DNA of 64,000 nucleotides from Candidatus Latescibacterota bacterium (GCA_965198115.1 OZ240241.1:1984001-2048000); one strand, 5' to 3'; counted from the first letter of the stretch, positions 9,499-19,835 are shown. Notes: a model not told the origin generated them from the letters alone. Program-made: numbers and translations.

Positions 9499-10941
9499 AT
9501 GGCCAAGGCCAGCGATGAGGGCGGTGCCGTTCCCACGGGCGGCTCCGACCGATCCGACAACGGATCCCCGCTGAAGAACGATCGAGATCGACACACGATC
9601 GAGATCCGACTGCCACGCGAGAGCCTCGACCTGACCTTCCAGGTCGCGTCCCAAGCCACCGACAGCAGCTGCAAACTGATCGCCTTCCTGTCGCCCAAGG
9701 GCGGATCGGGAAAGACGGTTCTGGGAACCAACCTCAGCAAGGTCCTCCTCCTCGACGCGGACTTCGCTACCAAGAGCCTGACGAATCTGATTTTTCCAGG
9801 TCGGAAAGTCATCGCGGAAAGCCGCACTTCCTACTACAAAGCCCTTCTCGGTCTGGACGGGCTACGAATCGAAAACTGGCTAGAAGGTCTCGAAGCGGCC
9901 GTCTTGAATATCGACAAGACTTCCTCGGGCAAAGAAATCGACATCCTGCCATCCTACTACTCCAAAGAGCAACAGTCCAACATCAACAACAGCCTGTTCC
10001 TCCGCGAGTATCGCAGTCACAACCTGAGCTACGTCGTCGAGCGATTCAGTCTTCTCATCGGGGCACTCAAGGCCCTCAACCGATACGACTACATCATCGT
10101 AGACTGCGCTTCGGCCTTCGACGATATCGGTCTGGCAGCCGCCATTCTGTCTCCGTTCGTGGTCGTTGTATCCGAAGCCGACGACATTTCGTTCGAGGCT
10201 ATGGACGAAACGCTCGGCTACACGATTTCGTTCGCCATGTCGAACACCAAAGACGGCGATTACAACATCAAGCAGCCGTTCATTGCGCTGAACAAGGACC
10301 CTCACCTCCGTCCTGGCGAGAAAACGAGCCGCCGTGCCGCCTTCCACTGTAAATACATTCCTGACATCCACAAGAGTTTTGGAAAACGATCGTTCCTGGT
10401 CCCTGACCTGATCGAAGACGTGGAATTCGAGTACCAACTCTACAGACTCTGGCGACGTATTTCGGAATGGAGCACGAACCCGGAGGAGACCTTTACCGAG
10501 TCGGCCTACCAGCGCGTGCTCCAGCTCGAAAAGATCCGTAACCAGCAGATCGAACGTTACTGGAACGCCGACCTTCAGTATCGCAAGCGCGACGTGATGT
10601 TCGGTTTGACCGTTTTGCTGATCGTCTCGGGCTGGATCGGGGTGTTCGGTTTCCTCCAGCCTCCGTTCAACGCACTCACCGCTGCCAGCAGCGGAATGGG
10701 TATCTTTCTGTCATCGGTCGTCCTCTACCGTGTCTGGGAATACTTCGAGAAGGGAATCCGGGCACTCAAACACGAGCTCTACATCGACGTGAAGGAAACG
10801 TCCGAGGAACATCGACACTTCGTCCACGGTCTGGGCAACCTGATCAAGGCCCGCGAAAACAGTCACGAGACGCCGGCCGCAGCCACCAACGGGGCTCAGA
10901 GCGCGGAAAAAGAGGAGAAGCGCGAGTCGTTATCGGCCTGA
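9499..10941 (+). CDS. ParA/MinD-like ATPase with two C-terminal TM helices
   Basis: Deviant Walker A SPKGGSGKT, VLLLDAD, YDYIIVDC, LNKD; two hydrophobic segments near the C-terminus. Confidence 0.7.
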   Translation: MAKASDEGGAVPTGGSDRSDNGSPLKNDRDRHTIEIRLPRESLDLTFQVASQATDSSCKLIAFLSPKGGSGKTVLGTNLSKVLLLDADFATKSLTNLIFPGRKVIAESRTSYYKALLGLDGLRIENWLEGLEAAVLNIDKTSSGKEIDILPSYYSKEQQSNINNSLFLREYRSHNLSYVVERFSLLIGALKALNRYDYIIVDCASAFDDIGLAAAILSPFVVVVSEADDISFEAMDETLGYTISFAMSNTKDGDYNIKQPFIALNKDPHLRPGEKTSRRAAFHCKYIPDIHKSFGKRSFLVPDLIEDVEFEYQLYRLWRRISEWSTNPEETFTESAYQRVLQLEKIRNQQIERYWNADLQYRKRDVMFGLTVLLIVSGWIGVFGFLQPPFNALTAASSGMGIFLSSVVLYRVWEYFEKGIRALKHELYIDVKETSEEHRHFVHGLGNLIKARENSHETPAAATNGAQSAEKEEKRESLSA

Positions 10942-12294
10942 GCGACGGCCATCGTCGGCCCTTGGGGCGTACCTCTCGAGAGGTGCGCCCTTTCTGTTTC
11001 TCACAATGCCAAGGACGCCAATCGCCAACGGCAGCGCCCACACGCACCAGGCGACCCACGGTTCTTCCGTCCAGACCCCGTGAGCGTCGTAGCCGATCAG
11101 CACGTAGTGGGCGACGGCCACAGATCCGGTCAGCGCAATCGCAGGAGCGTAGGGATAGAACGGGAGGAACGGGACGATCCAGAGGCCATACCACGGATGG
11201 AACGTCGGCGTAAGGAGCAGGTAGACCAGACAGAGCACGAACATTCCCAGCAATGCCGGAACACCGCTGAGTGCAACCACGAGCACAGCCGTACAGAACA
11301 AGCCACCCAGAACCGCACGCGCGACGAGCCCATTCCCCGTCAGGTTGCGCAGGATTCGGAAGATCAATCCGTTGAAATCCCAGTTCAAAACGTAGGTCGT
11401 GAGCGAACCGAACGGCGCGATGCCCGCCTCAGCGTAAAACCCGTAGAATCCCGCGCACACCGCGGCGAACACACAGGGAACGGTCCAACCCCGCGAGAGC
11501 AACATCGCCTTCAGGCGCCCGATCGGGCCGGCGTCCTCCTGAGCTGTCGACCAACGCCACAGCACGGGGAGTAAGACAAGGGGAAACACTTTCGTCAGGG
11601 CCGACGCAGCAAGGGCAACCGCAGAACGCCCGGGGCCGCTGACCTGCCCATAGAGTAGTGCCAGCATCACAAAGGCCAGGCCGAGCACATCGATGTGCGC
11701 TTCAATCCCTCCCTCGACCAGCAGAAGCGGGTTCCACCAGTAGAGCAGGAAGGCACGCGGCTCCAGGTCGAAAGCCCGCAGCAACCCGACGATGAACCAG
11801 GCCGTCAGAAGATCGGCGAAGAGGGTGCCTACTTTGATCGACCAGACGGAGTCGTGGAACGCCGTCGCGATTCGAAAAAAGAGTTGGGCGGCAGGCGGGT
11901 AGATCGTGTGCAGGTGGGAATGGTTGATCCGACCTCTAAGCGCTTCGGCACGAACCGAAGGGATCGTGGGCATCTTGTCGGGCGTGTGTGCGTAGGGGTT
12001 GACCCCGGCATTTTGCACGGCCCCGTCCCACACATACCGATAGATGTCGTCGGACAGCGAAGGCGGTGTCACCAGAGTCGTCAGGCGAAAAGCGATGCCG
12101 AACAGAAGAATCGAGCGAAATGAGACATCGGTGCGGGCCCCGATGGCCACGGCATACGCCAAAAAGGCCACCGCATAGCACCCCAGAAACAGGGGAATGT
12201 TCGCCCGCAGATCCTGGCCGAGCAGAAGCACGAGGAAGGCGGCCTGGATCAAAACACCAGCAACGAGGAGTCGCAGGCCTCTCCTGAACTTCAT
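10930..12294 (-). CDS. GT-C membrane glycosyltransferase (GT87/DUF2029-like)
   Basis: LSDDIYRYVWDG, NPY, TIYPP, WNPL, HPWY motifs; polytopic. Confidence 0.8.
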   Translation of the reverse strand: MKFRRGLRLLVAGVLIQAAFLVLLLGQDLRANIPLFLGCYAVAFLAYAVAIGARTDVSFRSILLFGIAFRLTTLVTPPSLSDDIYRYVWDGAVQNAGVNPYAHTPDKMPTIPSVRAEALRGRINHSHLHTIYPPAAQLFFRIATAFHDSVWSIKVGTLFADLLTAWFIVGLLRAFDLEPRAFLLYWWNPLLLVEGGIEAHIDVLGLAFVMLALLYGQVSGPGRSAVALAASALTKVFPLVLLPVLWRWSTAQEDAGPIGRLKAMLLSRGWTVPCVFAAVCAGFYGFYAEAGIAPFGSLTTYVLNWDFNGLIFRILRNLTGNGLVARAVLGGLFCTAVLVVALSGVPALLGMFVLCLVYLLLTPTFHPWYGLWIVPFLPFYPYAPAIALTGSVAVAHYVLIGYDAHGVWTEEPWVAWCVWALPLAIGVLGIVRNRKGAPLERYAPRADDGRRSGR

Positions 12295-13307
12295 GCGTTA
12301 CGAGCGAACGCTTTGAGCGAAGCCAGATGTCCCTCGTCCCCCAGGGCGATCAGGACATGCCCCTCGTCGATCACGACCGACGCAATCGTTGCGCCCGCAG
12401 TTCGATCTACACGGGGTTGCCCGTCGGCAGATTGGATCCCGATGATGATCGCACCCGTCTCTCCGCCGATGCCCGATTCGCGCAGAGCGCACCCCACCAT
12501 CGGGCTGGCGGCACCGACGTGTACTTCTTCGAGACGCATGGTGATGTCGCCGCCCTCGACGACCACGTCCAAGAAGTCCATCACACTCGGGCGCAGGATA
12601 ACCGACGCGATCCTCCGCCCCGCAATCTGATAGGGCGAAATGACACGGTCGGCACCGGCCTTGATCAGCTTCTTGACCGTTCGCTCCTCCGCCGCGCGCG
12701 CCACGATCGTCAGATCGGGATTCATCGTTCGCGCCGTCAGGACCACGAAGACGTTGACCTCATCCTGACGCAAAGCCGCAACCAGACCCCTTGCCCGATC
12801 GATTCCGGCTTCTAGCAGCGTCTCCTCCTCCTCGGCATCCCCCTCCACGAACAGCACGGACTCGTCCCGTCCCATTTCCGACTCGTCGGGATCACGCTCG
12901 ACGATCACGAAGGGCTCCCCCGCGTGGCGGAACTCTTCGGCGACTTCCTTGCCGACGACCCCACACCCACAGATGATGTAGTGGTCGTCCAGGGCTGCGA
13001 TCGACCGTTCCATCCGGCGCCCCCTCACGAGCTGTAGGATCTGCCCTTCGAAGATGAACGAAATCAGCGTCGTCACCGAATATCCAGCGGTACCGATGCT
13101 GAAAAGCAACAGAAGGATCGTGAATTGCCTCCCCGTGAGGGAAAGCGTGTTGACTTCCCCATACCCCACGGTGGTTACCGTGATCACCGTCATGTAGAGA
13201 CTGTCTGCGATCGGCCAGCCTTCGATGGCTGTATAGCCGAACGTGCCTCCCGCGACGAGCCCGATCAGCAGGAGGAAAGCGATAGAAAATCGGACAACCG
13301 GTCGCAC
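12291..13307 (-). CDS. Potassium channel with RCK (TrkA-N/TrkA-C) domains
   Basis: TTVGYG selectivity filter, IICGCGVVG Rossmann motif, C-terminal RCK_C. Confidence 0.9.
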   Translation of the reverse strand: MRPVVRFSIAFLLLIGLVAGGTFGYTAIEGWPIADSLYMTVITVTTVGYGEVNTLSLTGRQFTILLLLFSIGTAGYSVTTLISFIFEGQILQLVRGRRMERSIAALDDHYIICGCGVVGKEVAEEFRHAGEPFVIVERDPDESEMGRDESVLFVEGDAEEEETLLEAGIDRARGLVAALRQDEVNVFVVLTARTMNPDLTIVARAAEERTVKKLIKAGADRVISPYQIAGRRIASVILRPSVMDFLDVVVEGGDITMRLEEVHVGAASPMVGCALRESGIGGETGAIIIGIQSADGQPRVDRTAGATIASVVIDEGHVLIALGDEGHLASLKAFARNA

Positions 13308-13309
13308 GG

Positions 13310-13864
13310 CTACCGTTTCCGCGCTGGGGTGGCAACCCTCGGCCGAGCCATGCGGTATCGGAGTATCCTGTCGGGCAGCATGTCTATGATCTGGTCGCGG
13401 CTTTCGTGGTCCATCGCCCAGTAGTCCGGAATCTTGTAGCGCCTGCCCTCGGTCGGGGTGATGACGATACCCGGTGGGGCCTTACCGTCGAGCGCATCTC
13501 GACTCGGAATCTTGAAGTCCGCCTCCCCCTCGTCGGTCTCCACACGCCAGCGACTGCCGGACCCCTCACGTTCGACGGACTGTATTCGGTAGATGGTCGG
13601 CTCGAAATACTGTTCGCGCAGGAGTCCGTCGATGAGCTCTCTCGACTCCGGATCCATCCCTTCGAGATCGTTCAACAACCCCACTTCGTGGCCAAAAGCG
13701 TCGAGGAAACTGACGAATTCCTGGGGACGGCTCTGTGGAAAAACTCTGACGACCTTGCTGATGGCGTAGGTCTCCCCCGGTTCCTCAGAACCATTCGCAA
13801 CTCGAAGCGTGAAGCCGCCATCACCCTGCCGGCTGAAGGTCAGTTCTCTCGCGATCAGGTTCAT
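13310..13864 (-). CDS. DUF1854-like protein
   Basis: RVFPQSRPQEFVS, EVGLL, YFEPTI, WRVETDEG and RYKIPD match the DUF1854 pattern. Start taken at ATG 13864. Confidence 0.7.
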   Translation of the reverse strand: MNLIARELTFSRQGDGGFTLRVANGSEEPGETYAISKVVRVFPQSRPQEFVSFLDAFGHEVGLLNDLEGMDPESRELIDGLLREQYFEPTIYRIQSVEREGSGSRWRVETDEGEADFKIPSRDALDGKAPPGIVITPTEGRRYKIPDYWAMDHESRDQIIDMLPDRILRYRMARPRVATPARKR

Positions 13865-13959
13865 CGATGTCCTCGCCAGAACGACTACAAAAGAGAAAAG
13901 CTCATCGACACCCCTATCGGGACGATGAGCAGACAGCAAAGCTTGGATGGATGAAGAAG

Positions 13960-14865
13960 CTACCTCCCCCGCAGCCGCCGACGAGGGGGATCGATCCGCA
14001 TGACGATCTGGCCGTTTCGGAACGCTCGAACCGTGCCGGTTGTCTCCGACACGGCGACGGCGATCGCTTTCAGTTGCTTCGTAATGGAGGCCGCTGCAAC
14101 GTGACGGGCGCCCAGTCCTTTAGGCAGGGTCACGCCCTTCACATCCGACGCAATGTATCTGCCCGCCGACAGCACCACGCCGTTGGCCTGGATGATGAAC
14201 GCCCCGTCCATCAAGGCGACCTCTTTGATGCCTTCCCTGATGTCGGGATTCGTGATGTTCTTTTCCCGTTCCGAATACCCCCGAAACGGGTCGAACGTCA
14301 TTGGACGCGAGTGCCGCATGACACGTTCTGCGTCACCGATCACGAAGAGCGTGCCCACCGGATCGCCTTCTCTTCCCTCCTGGCCGATGTCGACGGCGAT
14401 ATCGAGCAAAGATTTGACCACTTCGATCGGCAGATCTCCAGCCAACTCGGCGATGCTGTCAGGATGATATCCTTCAAAACCCTTGCTCGTGTCCACTACG
14501 ATGAGGGAGTCGACCCCGCGGCGTTCGTAGAGTCCGAACAGGCAGACCAGCCGGCTGCCGCGTTTGATGTAGCCGCCCTCCATGCCCAGAACGATGCCCA
14601 TGCGAACGCGCTCGAAATGGGAGGTGTCGTCGGGTCGAAAGTCGTAGTGGATGCGCCAGATCCCGAGGGCTTCGGTATCCAGCAAGAACCGAGGATTGGA
14701 TGTCACCACGAGGATCTGCGCCTCGTCGCTGAGCGACTCGAGTGCGCGCCGGTTGACGGCGGCATCGGCGAGGATCAGAATGAGGTCGGCCTTGACGTCC
14801 TTGGCGAGCTCACCGGCAGAAGCCAGCATCAGTCCCGGGAGGGCCGGTTTTTTCGAGCGGCTCAA
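13960..14865 (-). CDS. Diadenylate cyclase (DAC/DisA_N domain with N-terminal alpha/beta domain, DacZ-like)
   Basis: EGREGDPVGTLFVIGD, DGAF, GLGARH, AVSETTG. Confidence 0.85.
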   Translation of the reverse strand: MSRSKKPALPGLMLASAGELAKDVKADLILILADAAVNRRALESLSDEAQILVVTSNPRFLLDTEALGIWRIHYDFRPDDTSHFERVRMGIVLGMEGGYIKRGSRLVCLFGLYERRGVDSLIVVDTSKGFEGYHPDSIAELAGDLPIEVVKSLLDIAVDIGQEGREGDPVGTLFVIGDAERVMRHSRPMTFDPFRGYSEREKNITNPDIREGIKEVALMDGAFIIQANGVVLSAGRYIASDVKGVTLPKGLGARHVAAASITKQLKAIAVAVSETTGTVRAFRNGQIVMRIDPPRRRLRGR

Positions 14866-14908
14866 ACGACGTCTCCAAGTGCAAGTGTCGCGGGTCGAAC
14901 AGCCAGGA

Positions 14909-15547
14909 TCAGCGCCTGGTGAAGCGCCGGCGCCGTCCGAATTGAGGGGGTTCGGACGCTGCCGCGGGTCTGGACCCTTCGTCGGGTGGCTCCGGGGAGG
15001 ACGCTCGGACCCCGCCCTGGACCTCCAGGTAGGCGGCTGGAACCTCGCGGGTCAGCACCGTCGGTCCACAGTCGTAAAAGGCAACCCCGGACTCGTGCGC
15101 TTCGAGTGCGGCCACTCGAATAATCGTGTCGGTGTCTCGCCCGAGCCGGCCGGCCACGTCTGCATCGAAAGAGAGGTGAACATACTGCCTGTCGCCCGGG
15201 GAGAGCCCGTCGGCCATAATCCGGTCTATGTCTTTGGAGGGCGCCCCCTTGTAGAGGGCTTCGGGAGGCTCGAAAGGATCCTGTCCGAGGTCGATTTCGA
15301 AACTGTGCCCGTAGCGTGCCCTGATCTTGCCCTCTACGATCTCGAAACGCTGCTTTTCTGGCGCGTCAACGACCCGCTCAACATCGACCATTCCGATGCG
15401 TTCGTCCCGACCCTGCAGTGCTCGGACGACGACGTCGAGGTCGGCGAACCCGTGTGCGTCGACCTCGACGTCGAACTCCTGCGGCCTGTGCCGCAACATT
15501 AGGGAGAGCATTTTCGAGACCCGAACGGTCGTGGCTCTGGCTGGCAT
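14909..15547 (-). CDS. kptA: RNA 2'-phosphotransferase (Tpt1/KptA)
   Basis: SLMLRH, KQRF, IRARYGHS, RQYVHLS. Confidence 0.9.
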   Translation of the reverse strand: MPARATTVRVSKMLSLMLRHRPQEFDVEVDAHGFADLDVVVRALQGRDERIGMVDVERVVDAPEKQRFEIVEGKIRARYGHSFEIDLGQDPFEPPEALYKGAPSKDIDRIMADGLSPGDRQYVHLSFDADVAGRLGRDTDTIIRVAALEAHESGVAFYDCGPTVLTREVPAAYLEVQGGVRASSPEPPDEGSRPAAASEPPQFGRRRRFTRR

Positions 15548-15636
15548 GATGATGGCCTTTCGTTACTCGGGAAGCGACCTCGCCGGATCTGGCATTTTTT
15601 GATTGTAGGCCAGCCCCCATGCGAAGTCAAAACAGC

Positions 15637-17019
15637 TCAGATCGGATCGCGATACATCTCTGGCTCTTCGAAGCGCCCGTATTGACCCAGGAAGGTGAGG
15701 AAGACACTCCCAGTCGGCCCATTTCTCTGCTTTCCGATGATGATCTCGGCCACACCCTCCTGGGTGTTTCCCTCTTCATCCGTGATCCCGTAAACATCGG
15801 GTCTGTAAAGAAAGGCCACGACGTCGGCATCCTGCTCGATACTGCCCGATTCTCGCAGGTCGGCGAGGTTGGGACGCTTGTCGGGACGTTGCTCGACGGC
15901 GCGTGAGAGCTGGGCGCACGCCAACACGGGAACGTCGAGCTCCTTTGCCAGCGCCTTGAGGGAGCGCGAAATTCGCGCGATCTCTTGTTCTCGGTTATCC
16001 GTCCGGTCGTTGGTCGTCATCAGCTGGAGATAATCGACGACGATCATTCCGATCTGGTGCTCGGACTTGGCACGGCGCGCCTTGGCCCTCATTTCCATGA
16101 TGGAAATCCCGGGCGTATCGTCGATGTAAATCGGTGCCTCGACGAGCTTGCCTGTCCACGCCGCCAGCCGCTGCCACTCCTCGTCCGTCAGTCGGCCCGT
16201 GCGCAGCCGGTGGTTGTCGACACGCGCCTCGGCGACGAGGAGCTTCTGCGCGATCTGTTGCGTCGACATCTCCAGTGAAAAAAACAGAACCGGGACTCCG
16301 CTCCGCACGGCAGCGTTGCGTGCCATGCATAAGACAATCGACGTTTTCCCCATGGCGGGTCGTGCAGCCAGGATGACGAGATCCGAACGCTGAAGACCCG
16401 CCGTATACTCGTCCAGGTCGGTGTAACCCGTCGTCACGCCGGTCAACGACCCCGGGTTTTGATGGGCCCGCTCGATCGCCGCGAACGTCTCCCCCATTAC
16501 CGACTCGAGCGACACCACACCGCTTCCCAGTTCCCTTTCGGCGATCTGGAACACGCGCTGCTCGGCACGGTCGATCACGTCGCGAATGTCCTCGGTCTTC
16601 CGGTAGCTTTCTTCGACCGTTTGCGTCGATGCGTCGATGAGACGCCGGCGAAGTGCAGCTTCGAGGACGATCCGGGCGTGATACTCGGCGTTCACCGCCG
16701 TCGCCATTTCTCCGGCCAAAGAAGCGACTGTAGCGGCCCCGCCTATTTCGTCGAGCCCGCCCTTTCTCGAAAGCTCTTCCGAAACCGTGACCTGATCGGC
16801 GGGATCACCCCGTTCGTAAAGGGACAGGATGGACGCGTAGATCTTCCGATGAGCCGTGTTGTAGAAGGCGGACTCGTCACCCAGCGTCTCGACGACACGA
16901 CTGATCGCCTCGTTGTCGAGAAGCATCGCGCCCAGCACCGCCTTTTCTACTTCCACCTCCTGCGGCGTGACCCGGTCGATGCCCGGGCGCTCTTCACGCG
17001 TCTGTTGGCCGATTGACAA
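15637..17019 (-). CDS. dnaB: Replicative DNA helicase
   Basis: AARPAMGKT, VDYLQLM, DLRESGSIEQDAD, KQRNGPTG. Confidence 0.97.
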   Translation of the reverse strand: MSIGQQTREERPGIDRVTPQEVEVEKAVLGAMLLDNEAISRVVETLGDESAFYNTAHRKIYASILSLYERGDPADQVTVSEELSRKGGLDEIGGAATVASLAGEMATAVNAEYHARIVLEAALRRRLIDASTQTVEESYRKTEDIRDVIDRAEQRVFQIAERELGSGVVSLESVMGETFAAIERAHQNPGSLTGVTTGYTDLDEYTAGLQRSDLVILAARPAMGKTSIVLCMARNAAVRSGVPVLFFSLEMSTQQIAQKLLVAEARVDNHRLRTGRLTDEEWQRLAAWTGKLVEAPIYIDDTPGISIMEMRAKARRAKSEHQIGMIVVDYLQLMTTNDRTDNREQEIARISRSLKALAKELDVPVLACAQLSRAVEQRPDKRPNLADLRESGSIEQDADVVAFLYRPDVYGITDEEGNTQEGVAEIIIGKQRNGPTGSVFLTFLGQYGRFEEPEMYRDPI

Positions 17020-17028
17020 AGTAAACTC

Positions 17029-17724
17029 CTACAGTTTGACGCCGTCGTATTCCAGTCGAAGCCGCTTCAGGTCTTCCCACGTGGGTCGCTTCCACTGAGG
17101 GTTGCGTAACAAAGCGGCGGGATGATAGGTCGGAACCACTTTCACACCCTCATAGTCGTAGACTCTCCCCCTCAGACGCCCCATTCCGGTCGTTGTTTTG
17201 AGCAGGGTCTGAGCCGCAAACCGTCCGAGCGTACAGATGACGCGCGGGCCCAAGATCTCGATCTGGCGTTTGAGGAGCGGTTCGCACGCCGCGATCTCGT
17301 CGGCCTGAGGGTCGCGATTGCGGGGTGGTCGGCACTTGATCACATTCGCGATGTAAACGGTGTCCCGCGTCAGTCCGATCGCCTCGATCATTTTCGTCAA
17401 CAGGGCGCCCGAAGCGCCGACGAACGGCAGTCCCTGGCGATCTTCTTCCTGCCCCGGCGCCTCCCCGACAAACATGACGTCCGCATCGGGCGAACCTGAC
17501 CCGAACACGACGTGGGTCCGGCCCTCGCACAGGCCGCACGCGCGACAGTCCGACGCCTCCTCCGCAAAGGCAGTCAACGTGGCCAGCGGGGCCAACTCTG
17601 CGGAGGACGACGGCTTCGATGGGTGAGGTGCCTCGCAAGGGAGGGTCGTCACGCCCATCTCACCCTGAAAGGAGAGAAAGTCTCTCACAAGGGCGAGAAC
17701 GTCTCCCGAGATCTTTGTGCTCAA
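17029..17724 (-). CDS. Uracil-DNA glycosylase family 4
   Basis: [30 protein letters not shown] start at 17724 overlaps the coaBC stop. Confidence 0.9.
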   Translation of the reverse strand: MSTKISGDVLALVRDFLSFQGEMGVTTLPCEAPHPSKPSSSAELAPLATLTAFAEEASDCRACGLCEGRTHVVFGSGSPDADVMFVGEAPGQEEDRQGLPFVGASGALLTKMIEAIGLTRDTVYIANVIKCRPPRNRDPQADEIAACEPLLKRQIEILGPRVICTLGRFAAQTLLKTTTGMGRLRGRVYDYEGVKVVPTYHPAALLRNPQWKRPTWEDLKRLRLEYDGVKL

Positions 17725-18929
17725 GAGTCCCCCCACGCATCCACCATCCAGTCGAGGATGAGGTCGCCGACTTCGTATTTTGACATCTTCGGATGGGGTG
17801 TTGTCCGGTCGTTCTGGTCGATCAGAGTCACGACGTTGGTGTCGACGCCGAACCCGGCTCCCTCGGTGTTCAGGTCGTTCAAAACGATCATGTCCAAGTG
17901 CTTGTCGACCAGCTTCTTGCGCGCATTCGCCTCGGCATCGTCCGTTTCCATCGCGAACCCGACCACGAGTCGGCTGCCCTTGTTCGCGCCAAGGTCCACC
18001 AAGAAATCGTTCGTAGTCTTCAAGTCGAGCCTCAGCCCGTCGTCCGACTTCTTGATCTTCCCCTTTGCGACCGACTCGGGCCGGAAGTCGAGCACGGCTG
18101 CCGTCATGATCAGGCCGTCTGCCGTTTCGAATGCCGACCGTGTTGCACCATCCATCTCGGCGACGGTCCGAACCGGCACGTGTTCGACACCGCGGGGCGG
18201 CGTCAGGTCGGTTGGGCCGCTCACGAGCGTAACGGCAGCTCCCCGCGCCCGTGCCCGTGCGGCGACCGCATACCCCATTTTGCCAGTTGAGCGATTCGTG
18301 ATGAACCGTACGGGATCGATGTCTTCCTCCGTTCGTCCCGCGGTGACCACGAGTCGGCGGCCCAGGAGATCCTGGGAACGATCGGAGAGCAACGCGTCGA
18401 CCGCTTCGACGATCGCGACCGGCTCGGCCATTCGCCCGACGCCGCTCGCTCCGGAAGCCAGGGGGCCAGAATCGGGCCCGATGAATGTATACCCACACCC
18501 CCAGAGTGCGGCCAGGTTCTGTTGTACGGCGGGGTGCTCGTACATGGAGGTCTCCATGGCAGGAGCGGCCAGGACAGGACGATCCGTCGCTAGAAGAACA
18601 CAACTCACGAGGTCGTCGGCCAGTCCGTTCGCCGCCTTCCCCAACAGATCGGCCGTGGCGGGAGCAACCACCACGGCATCTGGCCAGCCGGCGAGTTCGA
18701 CGTGCAAGACGTCGGGATCGCCGGACTCTGGAAACAACTCGACGTGAACGCGTTTGTGAGACAGCGCCTCGAAAGTCAGGGGCTGCACGAACCGCGTGGC
18801 GGCGCGCGTCATAATCACCCGTACATCGATACCCAGACGCTGAAGTCCTCGAAGAACCTCCACCGCCTTGTAGGCGGCGATCCCACCGCTAACGCTAAGC
18901 AGAACCTTCTTCGGATTCCTCTGACTCAC
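17721..18929 (-). CDS. coaBC: Phosphopantothenoylcysteine decarboxylase/ligase
   Basis: [40 protein letters not shown]. Confidence 0.95.
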   Translation of the reverse strand: MSQRNPKKVLLSVSGGIAAYKAVEVLRGLQRLGIDVRVIMTRAATRFVQPLTFEALSHKRVHVELFPESGDPDVLHVELAGWPDAVVVAPATADLLGKAANGLADDLVSCVLLATDRPVLAAPAMETSMYEHPAVQQNLAALWGCGYTFIGPDSGPLASGASGVGRMAEPVAIVEAVDALLSDRSQDLLGRRLVVTAGRTEEDIDPVRFITNRSTGKMGYAVAARARARGAAVTLVSGPTDLTPPRGVEHVPVRTVAEMDGATRSAFETADGLIMTAAVLDFRPESVAKGKIKKSDDGLRLDLKTTNDFLVDLGANKGSRLVVGFAMETDDAEANARKKLVDKHLDMIVLNDLNTEGAGFGVDTNVVTLIDQNDRTTPHPKMSKYEVGDLILDWMVDAWGDS

Positions 18930-19137
18930 TTTCGGTTTCAGCCTCCCTCGTCATCTCGATCTTGCCATCCGTAATCCGTCCGAGCGAAACGGTGGTGATC
19001 TTCTCGACCCCATCGGGCAGGTCGGCGTTGAGGCGAGTCTGGTTCAACCGTCGCGACTCCCTCGAGGCCAGGATGACCGCCTCGTACAGGTTCACGCCCG
19101 TTTCGACGAGTTCTTCGGAATAATACGTCTTGGCCAC
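18895..19137 (-). CDS. rpoZ: RNA polymerase omega subunit
   Basis: NLYEAVILASRESRRLN; position between gmk and coaBC. Confidence 0.8.
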   Translation of the reverse strand: MAKTYYSEELVETGVNLYEAVILASRESRRLNQTRLNADLPDGVEKITTVSLGRITDGKIEMTREAETESESEESEEGSA

Positions 19138-19138
19138 G

Positions 19139-19828
19139 TCAGTCTCCTCTGTTTGTTAACGGCAACCCCAATGCACGGAATGTCCGGTCGTTGCGTCGGG
19201 CCTTCAGCCTCTCCGCACACAGAACGCTCTTCACGCGTTTCACGGCTTCCTCCAACTCGTGGTTCACAACAACGTAATCGTAAGTCGAGGCGTGTCCCAT
19301 TTCGCGTCGGGCTCGTTCGGTCCGAGCCTTCAACGACGATGCCTCCTCGGACCGTCGGTTCGACAACCGCTTGGTCAACTCTTCGATCGAGGGCGGAAGA
19401 ACAAAAAGCGTCACGCAGTGTTCGCCGAGCAGATGTCGCCACGTCTGCGCGCCCTGAACGTCGACATCGACCAGCAGGAAGGGGGAGCGTTCGAAAGCGG
19501 CCTCGACAGACGCGATCGTCGCTCCATAGTGATGGCCGTAGACGACGGCGTGTTCGATGAAGATTCCCTCTTCGACACACGCCTCGAACGCGTCTTCGGT
19601 CACGAAGTGATAGTCGACACCGTCCACTTCCCCGTCTCGGATGGGACGTGTCGTCGTCGTCACGCAGGGGCCGATCTCCGGAAACGCCGCGAGCGTCGCC
19701 TCGCAAATCGACGTCTTGCCCACACCCGACGGCCCCGAGACCACGAGGGCGAACCCCCCCTCTGCTCGGGCAAGAATTGCCTGAATCGCCTCGCGATGTG
19801 CCGAATCGACCGCCGCTGCGTCAGACAT
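19139..19828 (-). CDS. gmk: Guanylate kinase
   Basis: SGPSGVGKT, TTRPIRDGEVDGVDYHF, DVQGA, LPPS. Confidence 0.95.
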   Translation of the reverse strand: MSDAAAVDSAHREAIQAILARAEGGFALVVSGPSGVGKTSICEATLAAFPEIGPCVTTTTRPIRDGEVDGVDYHFVTEDAFEACVEEGIFIEHAVVYGHHYGATIASVEAAFERSPFLLVDVDVQGAQTWRHLLGEHCVTLFVLPPSIEELTKRLSNRRSEEASSLKARTERARREMGHASTYDYVVVNHELEEAVKRVKSVLCAERLKARRNDRTFRALGLPLTNRGD

Positions 19829-19835
19829 GCGCGCC

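Noticed and set aside
17725-18603. 524-aa version of the UDG ORF
   Set aside because: It is an alternative-frame overlap with coaBC; UDG-like sequence begins near 17724.
18895-18929. 35-bp rpoZ/coaBC overlap
   Set aside because: A short overlap through a low-complexity acidic tail in a conserved operon; unremarkable.
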